Shown piece after piece: positions 12,782 through 24,404 of a DNA stretch of 64,000 nucleotides (positions within the stretch are counted from its first letter, which is position 1; every line of letters starts with the position of its first letter). Position numbers and translations under genes: made by a program. Under the pieces are notes generated by a model. That model was not told the origin of the DNA. It saw only the letters and a list, made by a program, of their open reading frames with translations, and ran no database searches. The DNA is from Octopus sinensis (lineage: Eukaryota): contig NC_043000.1 of NCBI RefSeq assembly GCF_006345805.1, positions 22,258,001 to 22,322,000 of the forward strand, in the 5' to 3' direction.

Positions 12782-13048
12782 TGTTTGTTCCTTCTCGAGC
12801 CATGCCTGGCTCACAAGGGCAGGTTCCCCACCTGGACGGGACGCCGGTGAGCCGCAAGATGCAGGAGGAAAGAGTGAGAGAAAGTTGTGGCGAAAGAGTC
12901 AGTAGAAGTTCGCCATTACCTTCTGCCAGAGCCGCGTGGAACATGGGTGTTTCGCTCATAAACACACACATCGCCCGGTCTGAGATTCGAACCCGCGATC
13001 CCTCGACCGCAAGTCCGCTGCCCTAACCACTAGGCCATGTACCTCCAC
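12782..13048 (-). mobile_element. tRNA-derived SINE family D
   Basis: Head gtggagg..catggcctagtggttagggcagcggac..gggttcgaatctcag; tail gagaaggaacaaacaa. Matches 23344 and 60000. Confidence 0.9.
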
Positions 13049-13904
13049 GTTTTTTTATGTATGGATCTCTTTAATTACTATTTTATTCTGGTGGAACTCC
13101 ATAGCCATTTGATGTTTAAAAACTAGTTTTATTGAAGCTTCCTTTAAAAATTCCTATTTTGTTTTCAACACATTAACTTGTAAGATGCTTGCTGTGTCTT
13201 GCAATACATACCAATATCTAAAGCAAACTTTTTTCAGAGGTCCTTAAAATATTATTGTGCATCTCCCAATTTACTATTTTGCAGTGTGGACTCCAAAAAT
13301 CTTATATGGACCCCGGTTGAGAACAACTATTTTAATCGATCAAATGACCCCAATAATGACAGTATCCTCGTTATTGAATAGTGCTCCAGTCTCCGATATA
13401 GCGTCCCACCCCAATCCTCATAGGGTGCTACCTGCAGTACTTGTGCTACCACCAATGGGCCTCGACTGTGCTCTCAACGTGGAAATGTAGCAGCCGCTTC
13501 TTTCCTTCAATTGCGCGGCAGCGGCCATCCAACACCCGCTCAAATGAATGAGACTGCATGCCACCCTGACGCTCAGCCCTTTGCTAGTTAACAACATGCA
13601 GTTTGGGAGGCTTCGGAAGATCACTCTTAAGATCTCGAAAGCAGTCTGGATGCTAGTGGCCGATAACCTCGCATCATCAATTGGAAAAGCCCCGGTAATT
13701 TGTTTTGAAACTGTGCTTCTTATTCTATTGGTGTCTTTCTCTATGATAAACATTGGTAGCATGTAAAAGGGAGATTTTCATGCATCAGCAATTGCCAGTC
13801 TTCTTCAAAATATGTCTAGGCCTCTGGAACGATATGCAGATAAACGATCAACCTTCACCAATGGAGGCCCTTGTTATATATAATCAGCCAAGCGTATTTT
13901 CAAT

Positions 13905-14965
13905 TATGTTTATGTCGTTCAAGATGCCGCCGGCGGGCAAAAAGAGGCCGACGCTCGCCTCCCCCACTTCCCCTCTCGCGCCTCCTCTTCTGGTGTCCCT
14001 TGACCGTTGACGTCATGACCCTCTTCTTGCAGCTCATCCGCACACGACCCCCCCCCCGATCTCCGAAATCTACCACCCACCCGGGTGGGCGCATTGCACG
14101 TTGTGATCTTCTTAAGCTGGGAACCTTATTCTCTTCCTCTTCTCCACCATCATAATCCGAAGAAGCGACAATCCTACAAACATCTAAGACATAACGTGGC
14201 ATTCTATCCACAGGAATGTTGTTTTTGGAATTGACAGACGTCACTATTCCTCTGATCCACTGAGTTTGGTGGCTTGACCCAGACTTCATCTCCCACCTCT
14301 ACGAAGACAGGTCCTCTCTCTTCTACAGGACATCTCGATGGTTTACTCTGATGCAACCATTCATATTTGAATATCGCTCTATGTGGAACGGACTCTTCGG
14401 ACTGACCTGATCGGGGTGACATGTTGTACCAGAATACTGCTTCAAGCGGCGAGACGTGTCCCCTCTCTGCCATGGCCTTGATTGCTCAAGGATGTCTCTC
14501 CATGATCCCATTTCCACTCGGCCTATATGCCGCTCTGAAAAAACGGTGCACTTTCCACCTGTCAAGCATCTACAGCGCCTCCGAACGAAATGCTGTGCTG
14601 TTGTCCATCGGCAATTCGTCCACAGGGCCTCGCTCTAAGAATACCTCGTTTAGAATACGTGCTATCTCATCCGCAGTGCCTGCTCTCAATTCCCTCCAAA
14701 TGGCTGTCCGACCTGGCCCACAGTCGACCATCGAGAGATACGCCCCCTGCCGGTAGTAGTTCTACATCCACTGTTAGTCGTCTCCAATTGTGCTCTACCG
14801 AAATGTTTCCCTGCTCATGTACACCCGGAGAAAGGTTGATGGATTGACACCTATCGCAGTTCCCAACCACCTATTGGATACACTGTCTAGTAACAGCGGT
14901 GTCAATCCTCCCGACGAGTTACAGGGTCCTATTCATGCTCATATGTTGTTAAATGTTAAAAGCGG
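13905..14965 (-). mobile_element. Ty3/Gypsy LTR retrotransposon fragment: integrase, polypurine tract and partial 3' LTR
   Basis: H..RTL..CDRCQSI zinc finger; WRRLTVDV / ELPMDNSTAFRSE / RPSGNGIMERH (D,D35E); VEVGDEVWVKPP; RRSQRAMRPPGW; G10 PPT at 14048-14057 followed by TGTG at 14044. Contains stops and frameshifts. Confidence 0.9.
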
Positions 14966-14984
14966 ATATTGTTGTTAATTGCTC

Positions 14985-15097
14985 GAAATACGAGAGTAGA
15001 AAAACAGCCAACAACTGATGACGGGTCGTTCTTTATGTTGTTTGTCTTGTTTTCCATTTGTGTCTTTCGTTGTTCGAAAAAATAGTTCATATTCCAT
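14985..15097 (+). mobile_element. Half copy of the repeat that forms the 37.0-37.3 kb foldback
   Basis: caactgatgacgggtcgttctttatgtt matches 37164-37191; followed by (TA)n. Confidence 0.65.
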
Positions 15098-15101
15098 GTA
15101 T

Positions 15102-15160
<59 letters not shown>

Positions 15161-15306
15161 CTACAAAATTAGAAAATGGAGAAACATACTTAAATCAATA
15201 AAACATCAACCATCAGATGATACCCAATCAATACCTCTCTAGCAGTATATTGGATATATGTTATCCCATGGTGGGTTGAATCTTCAACCCCTATCTCATT
15301 TTATAA

Positions 15307-15377
<71 letters not shown>

Positions 15378-15414
15378 GTATAGATGCAAGTATGTACATA
15401 TACGTATGTATATC

Positions 15415-15682
15415 ATCATCATCATCATCATCACCCTCGTTTAACGTCCGTTTTCCATGCTAGCATCGGTTGGACGGTTCGACCGTGGTCTGGGAAGCCA
15501 GGAGGCTGCACCAGACTTCAACCTGATCTGGCAGTGTTTCTACAGCTGGATGCCCTTCATAACGCCAACCACTCTGTGAGTGTAGTGGGTGCTTTTTACG
15601 TGCCATCGGCACAGGTGCCAGGGGAGGCTGGCAACGGCCACGATCGGTTGGTGCTTTTTACGTGCCACCGGCACGGAAGCCA
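15415..15682 (-). mobile_element. RTE LINE 3'-UTR fragment (5'-truncated copy)
   Basis: Matches 31081-31330 and ends in a (GAT)n tail on minus; TA-rich flanks. Confidence 0.85.
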
Positions 15683-15794
15683 ATATATATATATGTGTGT
15701 AATTAAAAAAAACGTGTAGTAAATAAACAAACGAACATATACTAAATACATAGGCAAACAGAAAACACAGGTCACAATTCCTCGTCAGTTATCA

Positions 15795-16330
15795 GCCAGA
15801 GGGTCAAACGCAATTTCGATATCTGAACATATAAAATCCATTCAGTCTGTCTGTCTGCGCTTATAACTCGAATATTGTTCATCCGATCGTGCTGAAATTT
15901 TAAACATGGATACATGAGAGAGCTGGGCGTTCCGTAATCTAAAAAGATTTTCAAAATCGTTAGTTTCAAAGTGAGAATCGCTATTTTTGTAATCTTTATG
16001 TCCTGTTTGTTCCGCCCTTAAAACCAGTTGCTCAGACAACCAGCTCATGCCATTTCGCTAGCAACACACGAACGTACGCACTAACGCACGCATGCACACA
16101 CATGTAACATGAATCTCCGATTTGGCATAATATAACCTTGGTTGCTGTGAGTTTTTCAGGCCCAAGCTTTTTTTTCCCACAATTCAGAAGCCACAAATTT
16201 TGCTATCATTTATATAAAGCCTACACCTTTCAGGGATGCCCAGTTAACATTATATCTGCAACTTTCTCTTTTGGAGACCAGATGTAATTAGAGATAGTTG
16301 TATTTCGTTTATCAATGTTTGTGAAAGAGG
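15795..16330. mobile_element. Non-autonomous repeat, possibly HINE/DINE-1-like (Helentron-associated)
   Basis: gtctgtctgtctgc..ataactcg..ccgatcgtgctgaaattt motif resembles DINE-1/HINE cores; resemblance only. Confidence 0.35.
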
Positions 16331-16689
16331 AGTTATAGATTTTCCTCTTCGTAGGGATTTGGCACAGTCGATTTGGCTCTACCCATTGGACTTTACGGAA
16401 TCCTCGCTGATTTCATTTGGCCTACGATGCTTTAACGCTGAACCATTTCACAGACCCAACACTTTTTTCTTTATTTTTTATTATTTAGTTGGAATTAAGT
16501 AACTTTTACTCAAAGAAAGTAGTTATTTAAGTCTAGAATGTCTAGAAAATTCTTATAAATTCCAGTTTTTATATATTTTAATCTAAAGTGAGAACAAAGA
16601 GTTTATTTGATACTATCAATAGAACAAAATCTTTATAACAAAGTCAACTATTTGGGGAGAAAATATGAAAAAGTCTTTTTCTCAGAGAT

Positions 16690-17023
16690 AGCTGTTTCTC
16701 TACTTTGGTTCTACCATGGTTGTTACTTTCCTCTGCAACTGCTTGAATGAAGTCTGACGTACATAAAGCCAAAGAAAAAATCTACTGCTTCCGAGTTTAA
16801 GTTCACCTCGATGTTATTCGATAACACAATATCACAATTTGGAATGAAGCACTGGGGTTGTAGCAGACTGAAGATTATTCACAATGAGCCAAAATGTAAT
16901 GTTAGGTTGCTAGTCTTCACCACCTGACGAATCTGAAAAGTCAATATCTTCTAATTCTGAATCCTTGTAATTTGAGAAATACAAGTCAGAGTCATCATAC
17001 TCCCCAGAACTGGTATCAGACAT
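16690..17023 (-). pseudogene. piggyBac-like transposase N-terminal relic
   Basis: Acidic start MSDTSSGEYDDSDLY..DSELEDIDFSDSSGGED*, then EAVDFF and TSDFIQAVAEESNN (compare PLDFF..F..D....IV.ETN). A piggyBac-type end aaggg+TTAA lies at 18062-18070. Confidence 0.5.
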
Positions 17024-17065
17024 TCTTCAAAAAATGCAAAGTTATTTTAAAATCTATCAAGAATA

Positions 17066-17133
<68 letters not shown>

Positions 17134-17342
17134 CGGTAGTTGTATGATTGCGATCTGAGAGCAAGTACTGATATTGACTTGATGTATGCAGTAACAAAAT
17201 TATATTGTTCATAAAACCGTCAATTTCATACTGTAATAAAAATAAAACACACAGAGGCAGCATCTGTACTATAACAAAGAAAGGTGCTTATTATTTAGTT
17301 GGAATTAAGTAACTTTTACTCAAAGAAAGTAATTATTTAAGT

Positions 17343-17713
17343 GTGGAGGCGCAATGGCCCAGTGGTTAGGGCAGCGGACTCGCGGTTTCGATTCCCAGAC
17401 CGGGCGTTGTGAGTGTTTATTGAGCGAAAACACCTAAAGCTCCACGAGGCTCCGGCAGGGGATGGTGGTGATCTCTGCTGTACTCTTTCACCACAACTTT
17501 CTTTCACTCTTACTTCCTGTTTCTGTTGTACCTGTATTTCAAGGGGCCGGCCTTGTCACTCTCTGTGTCACGCTGAATATCCCCGAGAACTACGTTAAGG
17601 GTGCACGTGTCTGTGGAGTGCTCAGCCACTTACACGTTAATTTCACGAGCAGGCTGTTCCGTTGATTCGGATCAACCGGAACCCTCGTCGTCGTAACCGA
17701 CGGAGTGCTTCCC
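17343..17713 (+). mobile_element. tRNA-derived SINE family C with 12-bp TSD
   Basis: tRNA-like head (tggcccagtggttagggcagcggac..ggtttcgattccc); TSD aattatttaagt at 17331-17342 and 17714-17725. Confidence 0.92.
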
Positions 17714-18135
17714 AATTATTTAAGTCTAGAATATCTAGAAAATTCTTATAAATTCCAGTTTTAATATATTTTAATCTGAAGTGGGTACAAAGTGTTTCTT
17801 TGATACTACCAATAGAACAAAATCTTTATAACAAAGTGAACTATTTGGGGAGAAAATATGAAACGGGCAGGTCTAACTAATCGGAAGTTATGTTCGATTA
17901 AAACTTGAGTTTATTTAAATCTATTATCATGGCTTCAACCTTACGGAAAGCTACGATAGTGGCTCATAGCAGGATAACTATAAACTATTTCAAGTTTCTG
18001 TATCTTTCCATTCTAGGAATTATCCCATATATTATGGTTGATGCATTTTCTCTCAGAACCTAAGGGTTAAATTAATAAAATCCAAACGGGAATATATGTT
18101 TTAGGGGTTTCCTGGACTTTATGGTCTGAAACAAT

Positions 18136-18343
18136 TTCTTCTTCTTCTTCTTCTTCTTCTTCTCCTCCTCCTCCTCCTCCTCCTCTCCTCCTTCTTCTTC
18201 TTCTTCTTCTTCTTCTTCTTCTTCTTCTTCTTCTTTTTCTTCTTCTTCTCTTCTTCTTCTTCTTCTTTTCTTCTTCTTCTTCTTCTTCTTCTCTTCTTCT
18301 TCTTCTTCTTTCTTCTTCTTCTTCTCTTCTTCTTCTTCTTCTT
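18136..18343. repeat. (TTC)n/(CTC)n microsatellite
   Basis: Seen directly in the sequence. Confidence 0.97.
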
Positions 18344-18800
18344 GAAAAAGAGTAGTTGACAATCTAATTCATTTAGTCTTTTGGGCATGCCCTAAAATAT
18401 TATCCAGGCCTTATAAGGGACGTGGGGAACAGACTCAAGGGCTGCTCCGGGCAGAATAGACTCTAGCTACGCCACTGGAGGTAGTCGTTCCGGCTCTTTA
18501 CATTCTGAGTTTATCTTAGTCGTTCATTATTTCGAAATCAATGAAATAAAGCACTAGTCAAGAATTGGAAGTGATGGTATCAACTAACACCTTCCTCTTT
18601 ACAATAGCAGGCCTTGTGCCTTAATCAGTTTAGAGTGGTGGATTGGCAAAATCGTTAGAACATCGGACAAAATGCGATGCAGTATTTTTTTGTCACTTTA
18701 TGTTCTCAGTTTAAATCTTGCCGAGGTTTATTTTGGATTTCATCACTTCTAGAATGTCTAGAAAATTCTCATAAATTCCAATTTTAATATATATATATAG

Positions 18801-18853
<53 letters not shown>

Positions 18854-18855
18854 TC

Positions 18856-19204
18856 TTTATTCTTTTACTCTTTTACTTGTTTCAGAAATTTGACTGCGGC
18901 CATGCTGGAGCACCGCCTTTAGTCGAGCAAATCGACCCCAGGACTTATTCTTTGTAAGCCTACTACTTATTCTATCGGTCGCTTTTGCTGAACCGCTAAG
19001 TTACGGGGACGTAAACACACCACCATCGGTTGCCAAGCGATGTTGGGGTGGGGACAAACACAGACACACACACACACACATGTATATATACATATATACG
19101 ACAGGCTTCTTTCAGTTTCCGTCTACCAAATCCACTCACAAAGCTTTGGTCGGACCGAGGCTATGGTAAAAGACACTTGCTCAAGGTGCCACGCAGTAGG
19201 ACTG
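18856..19204 (-). mobile_element. SINE family B, 5'-truncated
   Basis: Family B body and tail motifs. Confidence 0.9.
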
Positions 19205-19994
19205 TTGTAATTGAAGCTTCAATTACACAATATTTCTTCAAAATTTGTTATTGGAGCTTGTTGCTGAAGCTTGAAACACACAATGTTTCTTACTGCGATC
19301 AATCACAAAATTAATCTCTCTCTCTCTCGTCCTTGTCATGTACTGGAGTTGATGGTATCGACGAACACATTTCCCCTCTCAACTACTGGCCTTCTGACTA
19401 AATTAGAAACCATTATTTCACTAAAGTTTAGTTGTATATTAAAACTTATCAGGAAGAAAGATATTTTAGAATATGTTCTACCCAAGTTAGTAGCACATTC
19501 TGTGCAGAAAATATAATTTGCGATCTAGAAAATCTCGACAATAATTTGATCGTCTTTAGAAAATGTCGTAACAGTATTTCCTCGAAACTCTGTTTTAAAA
19601 CTCAAGAAGAAATTAACCTCACTGTTTAATATTAAACTGATTGGGAAGCTTTCATGGTGCTGCTATATGCGTTATTTTTTGTTTTGAGACTTTTCGATAT
19701 TTGAGATACATATTTTAGTCGAACGTATGAAGACTTGGCTTCTTTCCAACTGACGGACGTGTAACGAACGATTCACAGAAGCTTACGAAAAAAGATGCTT
19801 CCCTATCTACTGTTTTATTACTTAAATATTTGCGTGTTGTTTTTCTTGAACTATAATGTCTGCGTTTTTTTATTTCTTTACATCGTTTATTTTTCTCTTC
19901 TCGATTTATTTTCCTCTTTTACCGTTCCTCCAGCATTTCACTCCACTTTTTTCGTTTTCCCCTACATTTTCATCTAGCATTTCCCAACTCTAAT

Positions 19995-20029
<35 letters not shown>

Positions 20030-20030
20030 C

Positions 20031-20061
<31 letters not shown>

Positions 20062-20275
20062 GATCCGCCCATTCATCCATCCAAACATCCAAGTAAACAC
20101 TTCAAATTGTAAAGGTAATTTATGGACACCCTGTATATATGCGCGTGTGTATGTATGTATGTATGTATGTATGTATGTATGTATGTATGTATGCATGCAT
20201 GTATGTATATGCATGTCTGTGTGTATGTATATATTTATATGTATGTATGTTTGTATTTATATGTATGTGTATGTC

Positions 20276-20308
<33 letters not shown>

Positions 20309-20349
20309 GTATGTATGTATATATGTATGTATGTATGTATATATGTATG

Positions 20350-20388
<39 letters not shown>

Positions 20389-20433
20389 ATATATATATAT
20401 ATATATATATATCTATATATATATATTATATAT

Positions 20434-20482
<49 letters not shown>

Positions 20483-20713
20483 GTCTACATGTGCATATAT
20501 ACATGTAGACATACACACTTTTAATATATTCAATAGGTAATCTACCTATGTGCCTATTTGCCAGGCCATCAGTCTATTTGTCTGACTTTCAATTGTTAAA
20601 TATTTGGCAAAGTTTTTTTTTTTATTTATTTATTTTTCTCCACCCAAACTTTTTATTTTGCTGTTACAGAAACCTTCTAGCACGTTGGCAATCGTAAAGA
20701 ACTCGTATAGTCG

Positions 20714-20767
20714 TCTGACGTCATTGCTATGCGATGACGTCAGTAAATATCGAGCCTCTGATTGGCT
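20714..20767. promoter_or_regulatory. Promoter-like cluster: two palindromic CRE sites and an NF-Y-type CCAAT box
   Basis: TGACGTCA at 20716-20723 and 20735-20742; ctgattggct (reverse complement AGCCAATCAG) at 20758-20767; lies in unique, CpG-retaining sequence. Confidence 0.5.
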
Positions 20768-21769
20768 GACATTTCTTCAGCAAGTCGCAATACTTCACAA
20801 ACTGCTGATAGCTTTTACAAGGCTGCCTTTGAAATTTCAGAACAGTGAAAGTAGTTTTAAATTCCCCAAATAACATATGCACAGGAACAAACTAATTCAA
20901 ATTCTAATAAAAAGAAGGAAGAGGCTAATTTGGAAGTAGTAAATTAAAAGGTATTTTAAGCGAGGTAGTTGTTTGGATCCGAATCGACCCCGTGTTCAAA
21001 CAGACCCAAGATGAAGAAAAAAGCATTAAACTAAGAGCCTTCTCTTTCATCCCTCTCTTTGTCTGTCTCTCACTTCAAAAATAGTGCGGCTTGGACTACA
21101 TTACCCAATACGTCCCATTCTTTTTGAAGAAGTCAGTGTCAATCTAAAGGAAATTTGGCTACTATTTCTAGCAAGTGGAGTGATTATATCGTTAGCTCGT
21201 TTTTAAGTACTGATTTGTACGTGTATGTATGTATGTATGTATATGCATGTGTTCGCGCGCGTATATTTTTTAACTGTTCTCTCAATTATGCTATTATCTA
21301 TATTGTTTATTGTTGACAGTACGTACCATCAATGTTTCGTACTCAATCTTCCTTCGATCAGCCTTCATTACATTAAACTTGTCGGTGTGACTTCTAACAC
21401 ATTCCTACAATGATGACATAACCCTTAACTTTAACATTGCACACATGATATTCGCAGCTTTTACGATGAATAAAAAATCAGATGTAGGTGGATCCAACCT
21501 CTTCTGGGTGTACGTCAACCTCATCTATTTTAGCAACCACCGAGACACAAGCACATGTCAAGGGAACAGTTTCGCATCGGACCTTCTCTTTATCACATAC
21601 TTTCAAAGTTATTACAAATGCAACCCTATAATCAGAGGAGGAAGATTCGACGTACTTGGACGACATTCCCCCCACAGCTCCATGCAATTAAAATTACTTG
21701 TTACTTAATTTAGACACGAGGTCAGTAATGTCGGTTTCAAATTTTGACACAAGGTCAACAATTTCGGGG

Positions 21770-22200
21770 AAGGTGTTAAGTCAACCCCAGTGCTCAACTG
21801 GTACTTATTTTATCGACCACGAAAGGGATGAAGGGCAAAGTCGGCCTCGGTGGAATTTGAACTCAGAACGTAAAGACATATGAAATGCTTTTTTTTTTTT
21901 GGTCTACAAAGGGCTAAAGTCGACCTCGGCGGAATTTGAACTCAGAACATAAAGACAGACAAAATACCTATTTCTTTACTACCCCCACAAGGGGCTAAAT
22001 ACAGAGAGGACAAACAAGGACAGGCAAACGGATTAAGTCGATTACAACGACCCAGTGCGTAACTGGTACTTAATTTATCGACCCCCAAAGGATGAAAGGC
22101 AAAGTCGACCTCGGCGGAATTTGAACTCAGTACGTAACCGCAGGAAAATACCGCTAAGCATTTCGCCCGGCGTGCTAACGTTTCTGCCAGCTCGCCACCT
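21770..22200 (-). mobile_element. SINE family A dimer plus an adjacent older fragment
   Basis: Full monomer 21968-22200 joined at gaaata|ggtattttgtc. Confidence 0.85.
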
Positions 22201-22889
22201 AGGACAAGATCACTAATATTGACGCATGTTAATCGACACCATCACCCTTGTGCTTGACTGATACTTTATTTTATCGACCTTGGAGGGATGTAAGTCAAAG
22301 TTGACCTTGGTAAGGCTTAAAACTCAGAACTTAAAGAGCCAGATGAAATACTGGAAAGTATTTTCCCGACGCTTTAACAGATCTGCCAATCCAATGTCCT
22401 TATATGCAAATATTATTGCATAACATTTATTTTAATTTTGTGTTTCCTGTGATTTAGACTACTAATAGTGGATCCATTTTGATGAGTGACGAAATTTCCT
22501 TTTCCGGTCTAAACCATGGCTACGTCCATGAAATAACAAGACTTTCAACGGTTGAATATCTAATTCCTAATTTATTGAAATTTCTGAACCCCCTGGGTTT
22601 TTGTTTACTTTCTTTATTTAAGAGGGTAATTTCGATTCATTAGAATTTTTTGCTTACGTGATTTTGCATTTGTCATCAATAGCTTTATTTATCTCATATA
22701 TTATCCTAAATATAGGCAGCTTTATATTGCTGTTCGACTTATTAGAAATAGCAGCCAACTCTCTCAAATCACACCCTGTTATCTTAAAAATGGAAAGACA
22801 ATGGATTATGTGATCCAAGATACACTATAATTAAAAGTCTGGGCGATCATGGCTGGAATGTTTTCAGAGTTGGGTTGAAGAACTTCATT

Positions 22890-23040
22890 AGTTACGACGG
22901 CAAGAGTTTCTGTTGATCCTATAATGGAATAGCCTTCTCGTGAAGTTAACGTGTCAGTGGTTGAGGGCGCCACAGACACGCGTACCCTTAACGTAGTTCT
23001 CATGGAGATTCAACGTGACGTAATGTATGACGAGGCTGAG
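22890..23040 (-). mobile_element. SINE family C 3' fragment
   Basis: Reverse complement matches 17575-17700 (gagaactacgttaagggt..cgtgtctgtgg). Confidence 0.75.
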
Positions 23041-23058
23041 TGAATGCGAGTGTACTTT

Positions 23059-23200
23059 GCATTAGGTTATGCACCAACAAATTTACACAAAAATCTAGAA
23101 ATACTAGGTTTTTGAAGAAAGAGCAAAAGAAACTGATCCGAATTCTCCAAACCCAATCAGATTAACAGCACAATGAAGATTCCAAAAATTCCAAAAGATT
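23059..23200 (+). pseudogene. R4/Dong-like non-LTR element C-terminal relic (older copy)
   Basis: ALGYAPTNLHKNLEILGF/KEQKKLIRILQTQS parallels the 39.4-kb fragment. Confidence 0.5.
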
Positions 23201-23343
23201 CCAAAATTCTGAGATACACACACAAAAGTGTGTGTAACAAAGCAACATGACTATTCGAGTTAAGAGAGTTCCTGATGTTTATAGATGTAGTTGAGTTGTT
23301 GATGCATTGGTGGAAATGTTGTTGCACGCACCCAAGTGTGTGT

Positions 23344-23650
23344 GTGGAGGCACATGGCCTAGTGGTTAGAGCAGCGGACTTGCGGTCGAGGGATTGCCGG
23401 TTCGAATCTCAGACCGGGCGATGTGTGTGTTTATGAGTGAAACACCTAAGCTCCACGCGACTCCGGCAGAAGATAATGGCAAACTTCTGCTGACTCTTTC
23501 GCCAGAACTTTCTCTCACTCTTTCCTCCTGCATCTTGCAGCTCACCTGCGATGGACCGGCGTCCCATCCAGGTGGGGAACCTTTACGCCAAGAAACCGGG
23601 AAACTGGCCCTAATGAGCCAGGCATGGCTCGAGAAGGAACAAAGAAACAA
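23344..23650 (+). mobile_element. SINE family D, full length
   Basis: Matches 60000-60306 and the reverse complement of 12782-13048. Confidence 0.92.
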
Positions 23651-23995
23651 TAAGTGTGTGTGTGCGACAATATCTCCACCAACACAACAATTCAGCCACA
23701 TTTATAACCATCGGGAACTCTCTTAACTCAAAAAGTTTTGATGTTTTCTTAGCAACCAGCTTGAACTCTCTCAAGAAGAACTTAGTTAAAACTCAACAAA
23801 AAAACATACATGCATGCATGACTGTATGTCCCCACTAACTCAACCACAAACCCTGTGAACCTCCTTAATTCAAAAAGTCTTGTTATTTTGTTCACAACCA
23901 GCCTGAACTCCAATAAGCATTAGAAAGAACTTAAGTAACTCTGAAAGAAAATACGTACACTCTGTATGCCAAGAATTTAGAAACTTTGAGAGAAT

Positions 23996-24404
23996 ACTCT
24001 CTTTACTTGTTTCAGTCATGTGACTGTAGCCATGCTGGAGCACCGCCTTTAGTCGAGCAAATCAACCCCAGGACTTATTCCTTGTAAACCTTGTACTTAT
24101 TCTAACGGTTCTCTTTTGCTGAACCGCTAAGTCACTGGGATGTAAACACACCAGTATTGGTTGTCAAGCAATCCTGGGGGGACAAACACAGACACACAAA
24201 CATATACACACACATACCTATATATATATATACATATATATGACAGGCTTCTTTCAGTTTCAGTCTACCAAATCCACTCACAAGGCTTTGGTTGGCCCGA
24301 GGCTATAGTAGAAGACACTTGCCCAAGGTGCCATGCAGTGGGACTGAACCTGGAACCATGTGGTTCGTAAGCAAGCTACTTACTACACAGCCGCTCCTAC
24401 ACCT
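23996..24404 (-). mobile_element. SINE family B, full length
   Basis: Family B motifs with several CpG-decay changes. Confidence 0.9.

Noticed and set aside
17343-17405. Possible tRNA genes at SINE heads (also 12990-13048, 23344, 38731, 43747, 60000)
   Set aside because: The cloverleafs are incomplete and each continues into a repeated SINE body.
18072-18388. Poly-E/K/R ORFs
   Set aside because: Antisense reading of a (TTC)n microsatellite.
20122-20540. Long YI/MYVC ORFs (also at about 4.1, 4.9, 36.9, 39.9, 58.2 and 63.8 kb)
   Set aside because: (TA)n and (TATG)n arrays lack stop codons in these frames; not genes.
21445-21708. Overlapping 87-aa and 69-aa ORFs near the promoter-like site
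   Set aside because: No homology recognised and no clear splice boundaries; the length is within chance.
23713-23910. Two roughly 55-bp similar segments about 145 bp apart
   Set aside because: A short, old, diverged local duplication with no further structure.
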